Origin: an uncultured beta proteobacterium
GTDB lineage: Bacteria > Pseudomonadota > Gammaproteobacteria > Burkholderiales > Burkholderiaceae
DNA: 64,000 nucleotides
NCBI GenBank assembly: GCA_903846025.1
Contig: CAIMZP010000059.1
Coordinates: forward strand, 15,916-79,915
Reading direction: 5' to 3'
In this document: positions 29,426 through 39,303 of the stretch, one piece after another
Layout of the letters: each line of letters starts with the position of its first letter
Position numbering within the stretch: position 1 is the first letter of the stretch
Notes under the pieces: generated by a model
Databases searched by the model: none
Told to the model about the DNA's origin: nothing
Seen by the model: the letters and a program-made list of their open reading frames with translations, nothing else
Translations under genes and position numbers: made by a program

Positions 29426-30348
29426 TAGAAGTAGCCCTCTTTCTTGCGGCGCTCCATAGAGGCCTCATTAGTTTGATCGTCCATACGAGTGGCACCACGT
29501 TCAGTAATATCCGTAATAGCAGTTTCCGCAATGATATCGATGGGATTGGCGGCCGTACTCAGAACGGGGCAGGTGCAACTAATGTCACCTACAGTTCTAA
29601 AGCGAACGCTCAGGATCTCACTTACATCACCCAAAGCTTTTGGTGTGATATTGGTCACGGGAACCAGTAAGTTATTTTTTCTCACAACCTCACGCTGGTG
29701 CGTGTAGTAAATACTAGGTAGTTCTAATTTTTCGCGTGCTATGTATTGCCAGATATCGAGCTCGGTCCAGTTGGAAATTGGAAAGACGCGCATATTTTCA
29801 CCTTGGGAGATTCGGGCGTTATACAAATTCCAGAGCTCTGGACGTTGCGCCTTGGGATCCCATTGACCAAATTCATCGCGGAAAGAAAAAATGCGCTCTT
29901 TAGCGCGAGCCTTTTCTTCGTCACGACGTGCGCCCCCCATCAGGGCATCGAATCCATATTGAGCGATCGCTTCAAGCAAGGTTACTGCTTGGGCTGCATT
30001 GCGTGAATCCGTTGCTTTACGTAAACGTACGGTGCCTTTTTTAATAGAGTCTTCTACATGGCCAATAATCAACTTGACACCGGTGTCTTTAACAACCTGA
30101 TCACGATATGCAATCACCTCAGGGTAATTGTGACCAGTGTCAATATGCAAAATAGGAAAGGGGACCCTAACAGGTCGATCGCCGAATTGAAAAGCTTTAC
30201 GTGCCAAATGAAACATGACTATAGAGTCTTTTCCGCCGGAGAAGAGCATGGCGGGGTTGGCGCACTGCGCCACTACTTCCCGAATGATGTAGATTGACTC
30301 AGCTTCTAGCCAGTCTAAGTGGTCATCTAATAATTTTTGTTCTTGCAT
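29425..30348 (-). CDS. cysD: Sulfate adenylyltransferase subunit 2
   Basis: LFSGGKDS, GARRDEEKARAKER, RVFPISNWTE, RFRTVGD, MERRKKEGYF. Confidence 0.97.
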   Translation of the reverse strand: MQEQKLLDDHLDWLEAESIYIIREVVAQCANPAMLFSGGKDSIVMFHLARKAFQFGDRPVRVPFPILHIDTGHNYPEVIAYRDQVVKDTGVKLIIGHVEDSIKKGTVRLRKATDSRNAAQAVTLLEAIAQYGFDALMGGARRDEEKARAKERIFSFRDEFGQWDPKAQRPELWNLYNARISQGENMRVFPISNWTELDIWQYIAREKLELPSIYYTHQREVVRKNNLLVPVTNITPKALGDVSEILSVRFRTVGDISCTCPVLSTAANPIDIIAETAITDITERGATRMDDQTNEASMERRKKEGYF

Positions 30349-30399
30349 TGGGTAATTCGTTCTTTAGTATGTTTTTAATTCGTAGATCGGTAAGTTCAA

Positions 30400-31128
30400 T
30401 TATTGATTGACGTGCAGTCCACACTCTTTACTATCGCTTTGCAGCCACCACCAGCGACCTGCGCGAATATCCTCACCTTTTTTTACTTGACGAGTGCAGG
30501 GCTCGCAACCAATGCTGGGATAGCCCTTTAGATGTAAAGGATGAATGGGGACATTTTCATTTTTAATATATGCCCAGACATCAGATTCGGTCCAATCAAA
30601 CAAAGGGTTGAATTTAGTAATGCCTCTAGCATCATCTAACTCTTCATGATTGAGCTCAGTACGCGTAGTAGATTGCTCACGTCTTTGACCTGTGAGCCAT
30701 GCATCAGCACCAAGCAAAGCAGTATTAAGTGGCTTAATCTTTCGAGCGCCACAACAGGCTTTCTTAGGCTCCTCACCATCATAAAAACCATTCATGCCAT
30801 ATTTCGCTATAAAAGCCTGAACATCACTTTCCTCTGGGTAAGCTTTTATGATGGTTATGCCGTAATGATCTTCTGTTGTCTTAGTCATATCAATTGTCTC
30901 TTGGTGAAGACGACCAGTGGCTAAGGTAAAAAATTGGATATTGGCTTTTGCTTTAACTATTGCATCCGTAATCACCATATCTTCTGCAGCCAAACTTGTA
31001 GCAAAACGAACATCAGAAAAACGTTCAACAATTTCAGATAAACGCTTCTGAAGTGTGACAGCCTTGTCGGCTAATTTTTCTGGAGTGAGGTCGCTAGGTG
31101 GAATTGACCAGAATTGAGGAGTCATCAT
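30400..31128 (-). CDS. cysH: APS/PAPS reductase (Fe-S type)
   Basis: ACCGARK, GQRREQS, FNPL, YPSIGCEPCT, RAGRW, ECGLH. Confidence 0.93.
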   Translation of the reverse strand: MMTPQFWSIPPSDLTPEKLADKAVTLQKRLSEIVERFSDVRFATSLAAEDMVITDAIVKAKANIQFFTLATGRLHQETIDMTKTTEDHYGITIIKAYPEESDVQAFIAKYGMNGFYDGEEPKKACCGARKIKPLNTALLGADAWLTGQRREQSTTRTELNHEELDDARGITKFNPLFDWTESDVWAYIKNENVPIHPLHLKGYPSIGCEPCTRQVKKGEDIRAGRWWWLQSDSKECGLHVNQ

Positions 31129-31919
31129 GAGGAGATTAATTTAAGGCCTACGAGGAATAAAGTTCCAGCAAGGGTTGCTCTCGTAGCGCGCTCAGAAAGC
31201 ACGCTAGATAATTTTGCGCCTAACCAAATCGCTGGCACAGACCCAAGCAATAAGCCAAACAATAAATCAAAGTGAACATTGCCTAACCACCAATGGCCTA
31301 AGCCTGCGAGTGCAGTAAGAGGGACTGCATAGGCAATATCCGTACCTGCAACTTCAGCAGCCTTAAGGTGTGGATACAACAGGAGAATCAAAGTAGCACC
31401 AATGGCTCCAGCCCCAATGGAAGATACGGTCACAAGTACACCAATTACAGCCCCCACCAATATAGTTGCTATCTTTAATGCCCCTCCTTTTGGAAGGCGC
31501 TTGGGATTTGATTGTACCCATTGTAGGATTTTGGCCCTAAAGAGAAGGGAAGCAGCTGTCAATAAAACAGAAACGCCGATGGAAAGGCTGATAACGTGAT
31601 TCCAGTCTTTCGAGACGGGGCCAACGTACTTCAATACCAAAATAGAAAGGATGGCTGTGGTTAAGCTACCAATACAAAGCAGCTTAACGATGTTCCAGCG
31701 AACGTTGCCATGTAGGCGATGTGCAGCTGTACCAAATCCCTTGGTAATGGCAGCAAAGGCAAGATCAGTTCCTACTGCGGTTGTTGGTGCAATACCAAAA
31801 ATAATGGTTAATAGAGGCGTCATTAATGATCCGCCGCCAACACCAGTCATGCCTACTAGCAGGCCGACTAGTGCGCCCGAAATAATGAATTGAGAGGAGT
31901 CTAGGAAAAATTGCAACAT
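31125..31919 (-). CDS. TauE/SafE (TSUP) family membrane protein
   Basis: GMTGVGGGSLMTP, AVGTDL, SSIGAGAIG, AGTDIAYAVP. Confidence 0.9.
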   Translation of the reverse strand: MLQFFLDSSQFIISGALVGLLVGMTGVGGGSLMTPLLTIIFGIAPTTAVGTDLAFAAITKGFGTAAHRLHGNVRWNIVKLLCIGSLTTAILSILVLKYVGPVSKDWNHVISLSIGVSVLLTAASLLFRAKILQWVQSNPKRLPKGGALKIATILVGAVIGVLVTVSSIGAGAIGATLILLLYPHLKAAEVAGTDIAYAVPLTALAGLGHWWLGNVHFDLLFGLLLGSVPAIWLGAKLSSVLSERATRATLAGTLFLVGLKLISS

Positions 31920-31938
31920 GATTTATCTTATGTTCGGA

Positions 31939-32103
31939 TTAAGTGAAGGAGGATTCATATTCTTCTAACTTAATTGTGTTCATTAGAAAAATAATTCTGC
32001 GTTGAAAGCTTTTACGTTCATCAATCTTGTCATGAGGAAGGCAATCGTGTTCACGTAAGAGCTTGCTAATGAGGGGGTTGTAGTACTCCCGAACCGGTGA
32101 CAT
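31939..32103 (-). CDS. Small hypothetical protein, 54 aa (below the ORF-track cutoff)
   Basis: My translation: MSPVREYYNPLISKLLREHDCLPHDKIDERKSFQRRIIFLMNTIKLEEYESSFT. SD AAGGA 7 nt before the ATG; stops 19 nt before the tauE start. Confidence 0.55.
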   Translation of the reverse strand: MSPVREYYNPLISKLLREHDCLPHDKIDERKSFQRRIIFLMNTIKLEEYESSFT

Positions 32104-32216
32104 CGCAGATTCCTTGGTAAATATTTTGGTAGGATCAATTTACCAAGGTGTTTATATATCCACAAGAAATATATAGCGATATCTAAATTACTTTTAAATC
32201 TATAAGATTCGTTAGG

Positions 32217-32993
32217 TCACTTCTCTACGAAAGCGCGTTCGAAAACGTAATCACCGAGCTGACCTAGGCTAGGCGAGACCTTGAAGCCTTTGGCATCGAG
32301 CATTTCAGCAGTCTCTTTGAGCATCGAAGGGCTACCGCAAATCATGGCCCGATCAACTGCAGGGTCTAAAGGGGGAAGGCCAATGTCTTTAAAGAGTTGA
32401 CCTGATTCAATCGCGGTTGTTAGGCGACCGGTGTGCTTGAATGCTTCGCGAGTTACCGTTGGGTAGTAGATCAATTTTTCACGAATGATCTCGCCCAAGA
32501 ATTCATCTTGGCTTAATTCGTCCCGAATGTAATCGCCGTAAGCTAATTCGCTTACTAAGCGCACACCATGAATGAGAACTACCTTATCAAACTTGTCATA
32601 GGTTTCAGGGTCACGAATGATGCTCATGAATGGCGCTAATCCTGTGCCAGTGCTAAATAGATAAAGATGCTTGCCAGGGTTTAAGTCATCAATGACTAAT
32701 GTGCCAACCGACTTCTCGCTAACTAATATGGGGTCACCCACTTGAATCTTTTGAAGACGCGAGGTGAGGGGGCCGTCTTGTACCTTGATACTCAAGAACT
32801 CCAAATGCTCTTCGTAATTTGGGCTTGCTACGCTATAGGCTCTGACCAAGGGCTTACCATCGACTTCAAGACCAATCATCAAGAAGTGACCGCTACGAAA
32901 GCGTAAGCCCTTATTGCGAGTGGTGGTGAAGCTAAATAGAGTGTCGTTCCAATGATGAACAGTGAGGACGGTTTCGGTGTTATATGCGGCCAT
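32217..32993 (-). CDS. fpr: Ferredoxin--NADP(+) reductase
   Basis: RAYSVAS, GPLTSRL, STGTGLAPF, MICGSPSM, ERAFVEK. Confidence 0.95.
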   Translation of the reverse strand: MAAYNTETVLTVHHWNDTLFSFTTTRNKGLRFRSGHFLMIGLEVDGKPLVRAYSVASPNYEEHLEFLSIKVQDGPLTSRLQKIQVGDPILVSEKSVGTLVIDDLNPGKHLYLFSTGTGLAPFMSIIRDPETYDKFDKVVLIHGVRLVSELAYGDYIRDELSQDEFLGEIIREKLIYYPTVTREAFKHTGRLTTAIESGQLFKDIGLPPLDPAVDRAMICGSPSMLKETAEMLDAKGFKVSPSLGQLGDYVFERAFVEK

Positions 32994-33154
32994 AAGTGCT
33001 TATTAAATAAGGGCAAAGCGATGATTATCCCATTCTCTGAGCCCAGAAACTTATGAAATTCACCAAAAAACAGGATTGAGTAGTGATATGGATCATATTT
33101 TTAGTAATAAAGCATGGTTCACTTTTACTAATGAGGGCAAGTTATGATTGGATA

Positions 33155-33631
33155 ATGACATCCACACGCTATCTTTTAATGGCCCTGTTTAGTTTAGGGC
33201 TAGTAATTTTCGCAGTTATTTTGCAACAGGTCGGCTATCAAGGGGTGAGCTTCTTGCCCTGTCCTTTATGCATCTTGCAAAGGGTCGGGTACATTGGAAT
33301 TGCCATATTTTGTTTGTTGGCGGCAGGCATTAACCCCTTGCGAAAATTCTTTCACGGTTTGGCAATATTGGCAGCTACTTATGGGTTATCAGTAGCGGGA
33401 CGCCAAGTCTGGCTCTTGTCTCATCCCGAGTCTTCCTGTGGCATTGATCCAATCGAAACATGGATTAACCAATTTCAGCTGGCGCAGACCCTGCCTTGGA
33501 TATTTAAAGCCGACGGCCTTTGCTCTGCCAAGTTGCCGGCGATTCTCGGCTTACAGGTGCCAGAGTGGTCTTTATTCTGGTTTGCAGTCTTATTTATTGC
33601 TTTAATCATAACTTTTTTCAAGAAGTCATGA
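33155..33631 (+). CDS. dsbB: Disulfide bond formation protein B
   Basis: PCPLCILQR, second Cys pair (SCG...LCS), four TM segments. ATG at 33155 is preferred to the GTG at 33083. Confidence 0.88.
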   Translation: MTSTRYLLMALFSLGLVIFAVILQQVGYQGVSFLPCPLCILQRVGYIGIAIFCLLAAGINPLRKFFHGLAILAATYGLSVAGRQVWLLSHPESSCGIDPIETWINQFQLAQTLPWIFKADGLCSAKLPAILGLQVPEWSLFWFAVLFIALIITFFKKS

Positions 33632-33742
33632 TCCTAAGTTTTCGATAGATTTTTTAGTTCTGACCTTATGACAAGAGTTTGTTTTACAAAAGCAGTCTTA
33701 TCCCATAGCATCAGACTTGAATATACCTACTTGGTTTAAGGA

Positions 33743-34723
33743 ATGATGATGACTTACTTTGCTGATAACTCCCAAACAATTGGCCGCACACCACTGGTTC
33801 GCTTAAATCGCGTTACCGATGGTGCAAATGCAACAGTCCTAGCGAAGATCGAAGGTCGAAATCCAGCCTTCTCGGTGAAGTGTAGGATTGGCGTGTCCAT
33901 GATCAATGACGCCCAGGGAAAAGGATTGCTGGGTGCTGGCAAGGAAATTATTGAGCCGACTAGCGGTAATACTGGTATCGCTTTAGCTTTTGTGGCGGCT
34001 GCACGTGGCATCCCATTAACGTTAACCATGCCTGAAACAATGAGTATTGAGCGGCGTAAGTTGCTTACTGCTTTAGGTGCAAAAATTATCCTAACGGAAG
34101 GCCCTAAGGGGATGAGCGGGGCCATTGCGCGAGCAAAGGAAATTGCCAACTCTGACCCGAGTAAGTATGTATTACTTCAGCAATTTAGCAACCCTTCCAA
34201 CCCTGCTATTCATGAAGCAACTACTGGTCCTGAAATTTGGGAGGATACTGATGGAGAAATTGATGTTTTCGTGGCTGGGGTTGGTACAGGTGGAACAATT
34301 ACTGGTGTGGGTCGCTATATTAAGAACGCCAAACACAAGGCTATTGAGGTTGTAGCAGTAGAGCCTAGCGCTAGTCCAGTAATTACTCAAACACTCAATG
34401 GCGAACCAATTAAACCTGGACCACATAAGATTCAAGGTATTGGTGCTGGCTTTATTCCAGACAATTTGGATTTATCCATCGTCGATAAAGTGGAGCAGGT
34501 ATCAAACGAGGAGGCGATTGAGTTTGCCCGCAGAATTGCTAAGGAAGAGGGGATCTTGGTTGGCATCTCTTGCGGCGCAGCAGCAGCAGTTGCAGTACGC
34601 TTGGCTAAACGTCCTGAATATGCTGGAAAAACAATTGTCGTAGTCTTGCCCGATGCTGCTGAACGCTACTTAAGCTCACCTTTGTTCGAGGGGGTCTTTG
34701 ATGACAAGGGCTTACCCGTTTAA
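33743..34723 (+). CDS. cysK: Cysteine synthase A
   Basis: [52 protein letters not shown]. Confidence 0.96.
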   Translation: MMMTYFADNSQTIGRTPLVRLNRVTDGANATVLAKIEGRNPAFSVKCRIGVSMINDAQGKGLLGAGKEIIEPTSGNTGIALAFVAAARGIPLTLTMPETMSIERRKLLTALGAKIILTEGPKGMSGAIARAKEIANSDPSKYVLLQQFSNPSNPAIHEATTGPEIWEDTDGEIDVFVAGVGTGGTITGVGRYIKNAKHKAIEVVAVEPSASPVITQTLNGEPIKPGPHKIQGIGAGFIPDNLDLSIVDKVEQVSNEEAIEFARRIAKEEGILVGISCGAAAAVAVRLAKRPEYAGKTIVVVLPDAAERYLSSPLFEGVFDDKGLPV

Positions 34724-34744
34724 AAGACCTTTATAACTACCAAT

Positions 34745-34778
34745 AAAAAGGCACGAAAGTGAACTAGCGTGCCTTTTT
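34745..34778. terminator. Bidirectional terminator between cysK and lysS
   Basis: AAAAAGGCACG...CGTGCCTTTTT inverted repeat with A/T tracts on both sides. Confidence 0.8.
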
Positions 34779-34802
34779 TCTCTTTTCAGAAAAGAGCTTG
34801 AA

Positions 34803-36347
34803 TTACTCTTCTTCGCGACGTAAATGCGGGAATAAAATCACATCACGAATATTGGGTGAGTCTGTTAAGAGCATCACTAAGCGATCAATACCAATTCCGC
34901 AACCACCAGTTGGGGGCATGCCGTATTCTAAGGCGCGAATAAAATCGTGATCGAAATACATGGCCTCTTCATCGCCCGCTTCTTTTTGTTCTACCTGTTT
35001 GCGGAATCGATTGGCTTGATCTTCGGCATCGTTTAATTCGGAAAAGCCATTGGCAATCTCACGGCCTGTAATAAATAATTCAAAGCGCTCAGTTATGCCT
35101 GGGCGCGTATCAGACTCCCGGGCGAGGGGGCTTACTTCAATTGGGTAATCAATAATGTAGGTTGGTTCCCAGAGGTGCTCTTCAGCAACTAGTTCAAATA
35201 AAGCCAATTGCAAAGCACCAATACCAGCATTCTTCAAGGTGGGACTATCTGGATTTTCGCCACCCTTTTTTAATTCAGTGCGGATAAAGTCAGCATCTTC
35301 AAGTTGTATAGCTTGGTAAGCTTTATTCGATTGAGGCCCATATTTTAAAATTGCCTCAGTAATGGTGAGGCGCTGGAATGGTTTACTCAAATCCAGATCT
35401 CGACCCTGATGGGTTAATGATGCGGTGCCTTGCGCATCTACTGCGGCCGCTCGGATCATGCCTTCAGTAAAGTCCATGAGCCAATGGTAATCAGTATAGG
35501 CCGCATAGAATTCCATCATGGTGAACTCGGGATTGTGTCGCGGGCTCACACCTTCATTACGAAAGTTTCGGTTAATTTCAAAAACGCGTTCAAAGCCCCC
35601 CACAACTAAGCGCTTTAAATAGAGTTCTGGAGCGATACGCAAGAACATCTGCATATCTAGCGCGTTATGGTGCGTGATAAATGGCTTAGCTGTTGCGCCT
35701 CCAGGGATGGGGTGCAACATCGGTGTTTCTACTTCCATAAAGTTTGCGTCAAGCATATGACGACGTAACGAAGCAATCGCATTACTGCGCGCCCTAAAAG
35801 TATTACGACTCTCGGGGTTTACGATCAGGTCAACATAGCGTTGTCGATATTTAGTCTCTAAATCTGACAGGCCGTGGAACTTGTCTGGTAAAGGACGCAA
35901 GGATTTAGTCAGCAAGCGCAAATTACTACATTCAACGGAGAGTTCACCCTTGTTGGTTTTAAATAAATTACCTTCAGCCGCAATGAAGTCCCCCATGTCC
36001 CAATGCTTAAATGCCCCATGGATAGCGGTACCGCTAATCTCATCGTTAATATAAAACTGAATCTGGCCGCTACGGTCTTGAATAGTGGCGAAGCTTGCTT
36101 TACCCATAACGCGTTTGAGAACCATGCGGCCCGCTACTTTAACGCGAACTTTTTTCTCGGCCAATTCCTCTTTAGTCAGACTGTCGTAGTGTGTATGTAG
36201 ATCTACCGCTAAGTGCGTAGGTACAAAGTCGTTTGGGAAGGCTATGCCATCCACCCGGAGTTGGGCTAACTTTTCACGGCGCTCCGCAATAATGTGATTT
36301 TCATCAGCAGCTTCGGTAGCGGGGACTTGAGTAGCTTTATTGTTCAT
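34803..36347 (-). CDS. lysS: Lysine--tRNA ligase
   Basis: [62 protein letters not shown]. Confidence 0.98.
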   Translation of the reverse strand: MNNKATQVPATEAADENHIIAERREKLAQLRVDGIAFPNDFVPTHLAVDLHTHYDSLTKEELAEKKVRVKVAGRMVLKRVMGKASFATIQDRSGQIQFYINDEISGTAIHGAFKHWDMGDFIAAEGNLFKTNKGELSVECSNLRLLTKSLRPLPDKFHGLSDLETKYRQRYVDLIVNPESRNTFRARSNAIASLRRHMLDANFMEVETPMLHPIPGGATAKPFITHHNALDMQMFLRIAPELYLKRLVVGGFERVFEINRNFRNEGVSPRHNPEFTMMEFYAAYTDYHWLMDFTEGMIRAAAVDAQGTASLTHQGRDLDLSKPFQRLTITEAILKYGPQSNKAYQAIQLEDADFIRTELKKGGENPDSPTLKNAGIGALQLALFELVAEEHLWEPTYIIDYPIEVSPLARESDTRPGITERFELFITGREIANGFSELNDAEDQANRFRKQVEQKEAGDEEAMYFDHDFIRALEYGMPPTGGCGIGIDRLVMLLTDSPNIRDVILFPHLRREEE

Positions 36348-36372
36348 ATCTTTAGGTATCGCAGGAATGGGT

Positions 36373-37477
36373 TTATACGCATTGTTTTAGGCTGGCTTCA
36401 ATAAAGGCATCAAGATCGCCATCCAATACTTTTTGTGTATTTGAAATCTCGACGTTAGTACGTAAATCTTTGATACGACTTTGATCCAAAACGTAGGAGC
36501 GAATCTGGTGCCCCCAACCTACATCCGTTTTGCTGGCCTCTAACTTATCCTGCTCAACACGGCGTTTTTGCATTTCATGTTCATACAAGCGGGATTTGAG
36601 CATGGTCATTGCTTCGGCACGGTTGCGGTGCTGGCTTCTATCATTCTGACACTGCACAACAATTCCCGTGGGTAAGTGGGTTAAACGCACAGCCGAATCC
36701 GTTTTATTGATATGCTGCCCACCTGCACCAGAGGCGCGATAGGTATCCGTACGAATATCCGCTGGATTGACATCAATCTCAATGGAGTCATCAATTTCTG
36801 GATAGACATAAATACTAGCGAAAGAAGTGTGACGACCATTGGATGAATCAAAAGGAGACTTTCGCACTAAACGGTGAACGCCCGTTTCTGAGCGTAGATG
36901 GCCATAGGCGTATTCACCATCGACTTTGATGGTGGCACTTTTAATGCCGGCAACATCACCATCCGACTCTTCCAAGATCTCTGTTTTGTAGCCTTTGCGT
37001 TCGCAATACTTAAGGTATTGCCGAAAGAGCATGCTAGCCCAATCACAGGCTTCTGTTCCTCCAGCGCCCGCTTGAATATCAATAAAGCAATTGCACGGAT
37101 CCATCTCATTGTGGAACATTCGGCGAAATTCCAAATCACCAATGATCTTGCTATAACCCTCTACGTCTGACTCAATCGCAGCAATGGTCTCAAAATCACC
37201 TTCTTCTTTAGCCATATCGAATAATTCAATGGCGCTATGAATATTGGTATTTAAATCGGTGAGGGTGGCAACAACACCATCGAGCATTTTTTTCTCTTTG
37301 CCCAAAGCTTGCGCTTTCTTTTGATCGTCCCAAATAGCGGGATCTTCAAGAATCGAGTTAACTTCAGTAAGACGTCGCGACTTTACTTCGAAGTCAAAGA
37401 TACCCCCGAAGAGCCTGCTCACGGGTGTGCAGATCAGATAGGGTATTAGAAATAGTATTTAGTTGTTCAGCTTCCAT
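36373..37477 (-). CDS. prfB: Peptide chain release factor 2 with programmed +1 frameshift
   Basis: ATG at 37477 gives [27 protein letters not shown], then CTT TGA C (37399-37393), then the +1 frame DFEVK... SPF and GGQ motifs present. Confidence 0.96.
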
Positions 37478-37512
37478 GTGTTGATTATAAGGGGGTTGTT
37501 GGGCTTAAGCCT

Positions 37513-39276
37513 TCAAGCTGGTGATGGCTCGTCATGAGCCTCAATCATCAGCTGGACACGAGCCTGGCCTTGATAGCGGTCTGTCACTAAGCGATAGGCT
37601 AATTTGGCTCTAGCTGGAAGTGGCGCAGTACGATTAAACCAAACACCAGTAAAGGGTTTGCTGGCCAACTGCCCATCACTCAAAGGGCGCAATTGCAGGC
37701 GCAGATGTTTTTCCTTCATGAGGCTTTGCTGGACGATCTCAAACTCCCCATAAAAAATAGGTTGAGGAAAGCCTTGTCCCCAAATCTCTTCAGCAAGCAA
37801 GTCGCCAGTTTCTGGGGTGAATTCAGAAAGGGTTAAGGTGCCATCATGAATATGGCGCCGTTCAAGAAGTTCATCGTTAAGCAAGTCGTCAGCTACCTTT
37901 TGGAAAAGGGCGTCAAACTTTTCAAAATCAGCTTTTCTGATGGTAAGGCCAGCGGCCATAGCATGACCACCAAATTTGAGGATAAGCCCAGGCTCACGTT
38001 TCGAAACAATGTCTAGGGCATCCCTAAGATGAAAGCCCGCCAGAGACCTGCCTGAGCCACGAAGCTCATCCTCAGTTGCACCTAAAGTGCTATCGGCAGG
38101 AGCAAAAACAATTGCTGGACGATTAAATCGTTCCTTAAGGCGGGATGCCACGATACCGACGACTCCCTGGTGCCATTCTGGACTCCAAAGGCATATGCTA
38201 TTTCGATCAGCCATCGTTCCGGCCAGTTGATATTCGGCCAAGTGAGCCAAAGCCGTTTCTTGCATGCCAGTTTCAATGACGCGGCGCTCGCGATTAATAC
38301 GATCGAGTTCTTGGGCTAGTTCTATAGCGTGGTCTTGTTGATTGGTAAGCAATAAGCGAATGCCCAAACTCATATCGGCCAACCTTCCAGCAGCGTTTAA
38401 TCTAGGGCCGATGGCAAAACCCAAGTCAAAGGTATTTGCTTGGCGAGGGTCTCGAGTCGCCACCTGAAAGAGCGCTTGAATACCTGCTTGGGAAATGCCA
38501 GCACGAATACGCTTTAAGCCATTAAAAACCAAGATACGATTATTACGGTCAAGTTGGGCCACATCTGCAACAGTGCCCAATGCAACTAAGTCCAATAGAT
38601 TTTCAATCTTGGGCTGTGACTCGGAGGTAAATTTTCCTCGTTTGCGTAGCTCAGCACGTAGCGCTACTAAAAGATAAAACATGACACCAACGCCAGCCAG
38701 TGCCTTGCTAGGAAAAGTGCAGCCAGGTTGATTGGGATTCACGATCGCGAGTGCTGCAGGCAGGCTGTCACCTGGGAGGTGATGATCTGTCACTATAACT
38801 TCCATGCCCAATTCTCGGGCGCGATCTACGCCAGCCTCACTGGCAATACCGTTATCGACGGTAATTAGATACTTTGGTTTGGGATTTTGTTGGGCGGCTA
38901 ATTCAACTACTTCAGGAGTAAGCCCATAGCCCATCGTAAAGCGGTTAGGCACTAAAAATTGAATAGCCACATCGGAGCCGCCCAACATTTTTAATCCTCG
39001 TACAGCTACCGCACAAGCAGTGGCGCCATCACAGTCATAGTCAGCCACTACCAGCATAGGGTCTTGGCGCTCCAAAATGTCAGCCAGAAGAGCGGCTGTG
39101 GAGAGGCAACTCTTCAAATCTGCTGGTGATAGCAGTTTTTTTAGGTCAAGGGATAACTCATCGGGTGAAGTAACGCCCCGGGCAGCAAATAATCGAGCTA
39201 GTAGTGGATGCAAACCGCTTTGCTGCAACCAAGCGACAGTACGATCGGAAAATGGGCGTTGAGAAAATAAACTCAT
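37513..39276 (-). CDS. recJ: Single-stranded-DNA exonuclease RecJ
   Basis: DYDCDG, TVDNG, TDHH, ALGTVAD, GPRLNAAGRL, FGGHAMAAG. Confidence 0.97.
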   Translation of the reverse strand: MSLFSQRPFSDRTVAWLQQSGLHPLLARLFAARGVTSPDELSLDLKKLLSPADLKSCLSTAALLADILERQDPMLVVADYDCDGATACAVAVRGLKMLGGSDVAIQFLVPNRFTMGYGLTPEVVELAAQQNPKPKYLITVDNGIASEAGVDRARELGMEVIVTDHHLPGDSLPAALAIVNPNQPGCTFPSKALAGVGVMFYLLVALRAELRKRGKFTSESQPKIENLLDLVALGTVADVAQLDRNNRILVFNGLKRIRAGISQAGIQALFQVATRDPRQANTFDLGFAIGPRLNAAGRLADMSLGIRLLLTNQQDHAIELAQELDRINRERRVIETGMQETALAHLAEYQLAGTMADRNSICLWSPEWHQGVVGIVASRLKERFNRPAIVFAPADSTLGATEDELRGSGRSLAGFHLRDALDIVSKREPGLILKFGGHAMAAGLTIRKADFEKFDALFQKVADDLLNDELLERRHIHDGTLTLSEFTPETGDLLAEEIWGQGFPQPIFYGEFEIVQQSLMKEKHLRLQLRPLSDGQLASKPFTGVWFNRTAPLPARAKLAYRLVTDRYQGQARVQLMIEAHDEPSPA

Positions 39277-39303
39277 TTAGATGGGTAGTTGATCAAATGA
39301 TGA

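Noticed and set aside
31983-32165. Track ORF of 60 aa (MWIYKHLG...)
   Set aside because: No good SD. The overlapping 54-aa ORF in another frame has a canonical SD and fits the operon spacing better.
31920-32216. Possible cysB or cysI pseudogene remnant
   Set aside because: The minus-strand frames I translated show no LysR or sulfite-reductase motifs.
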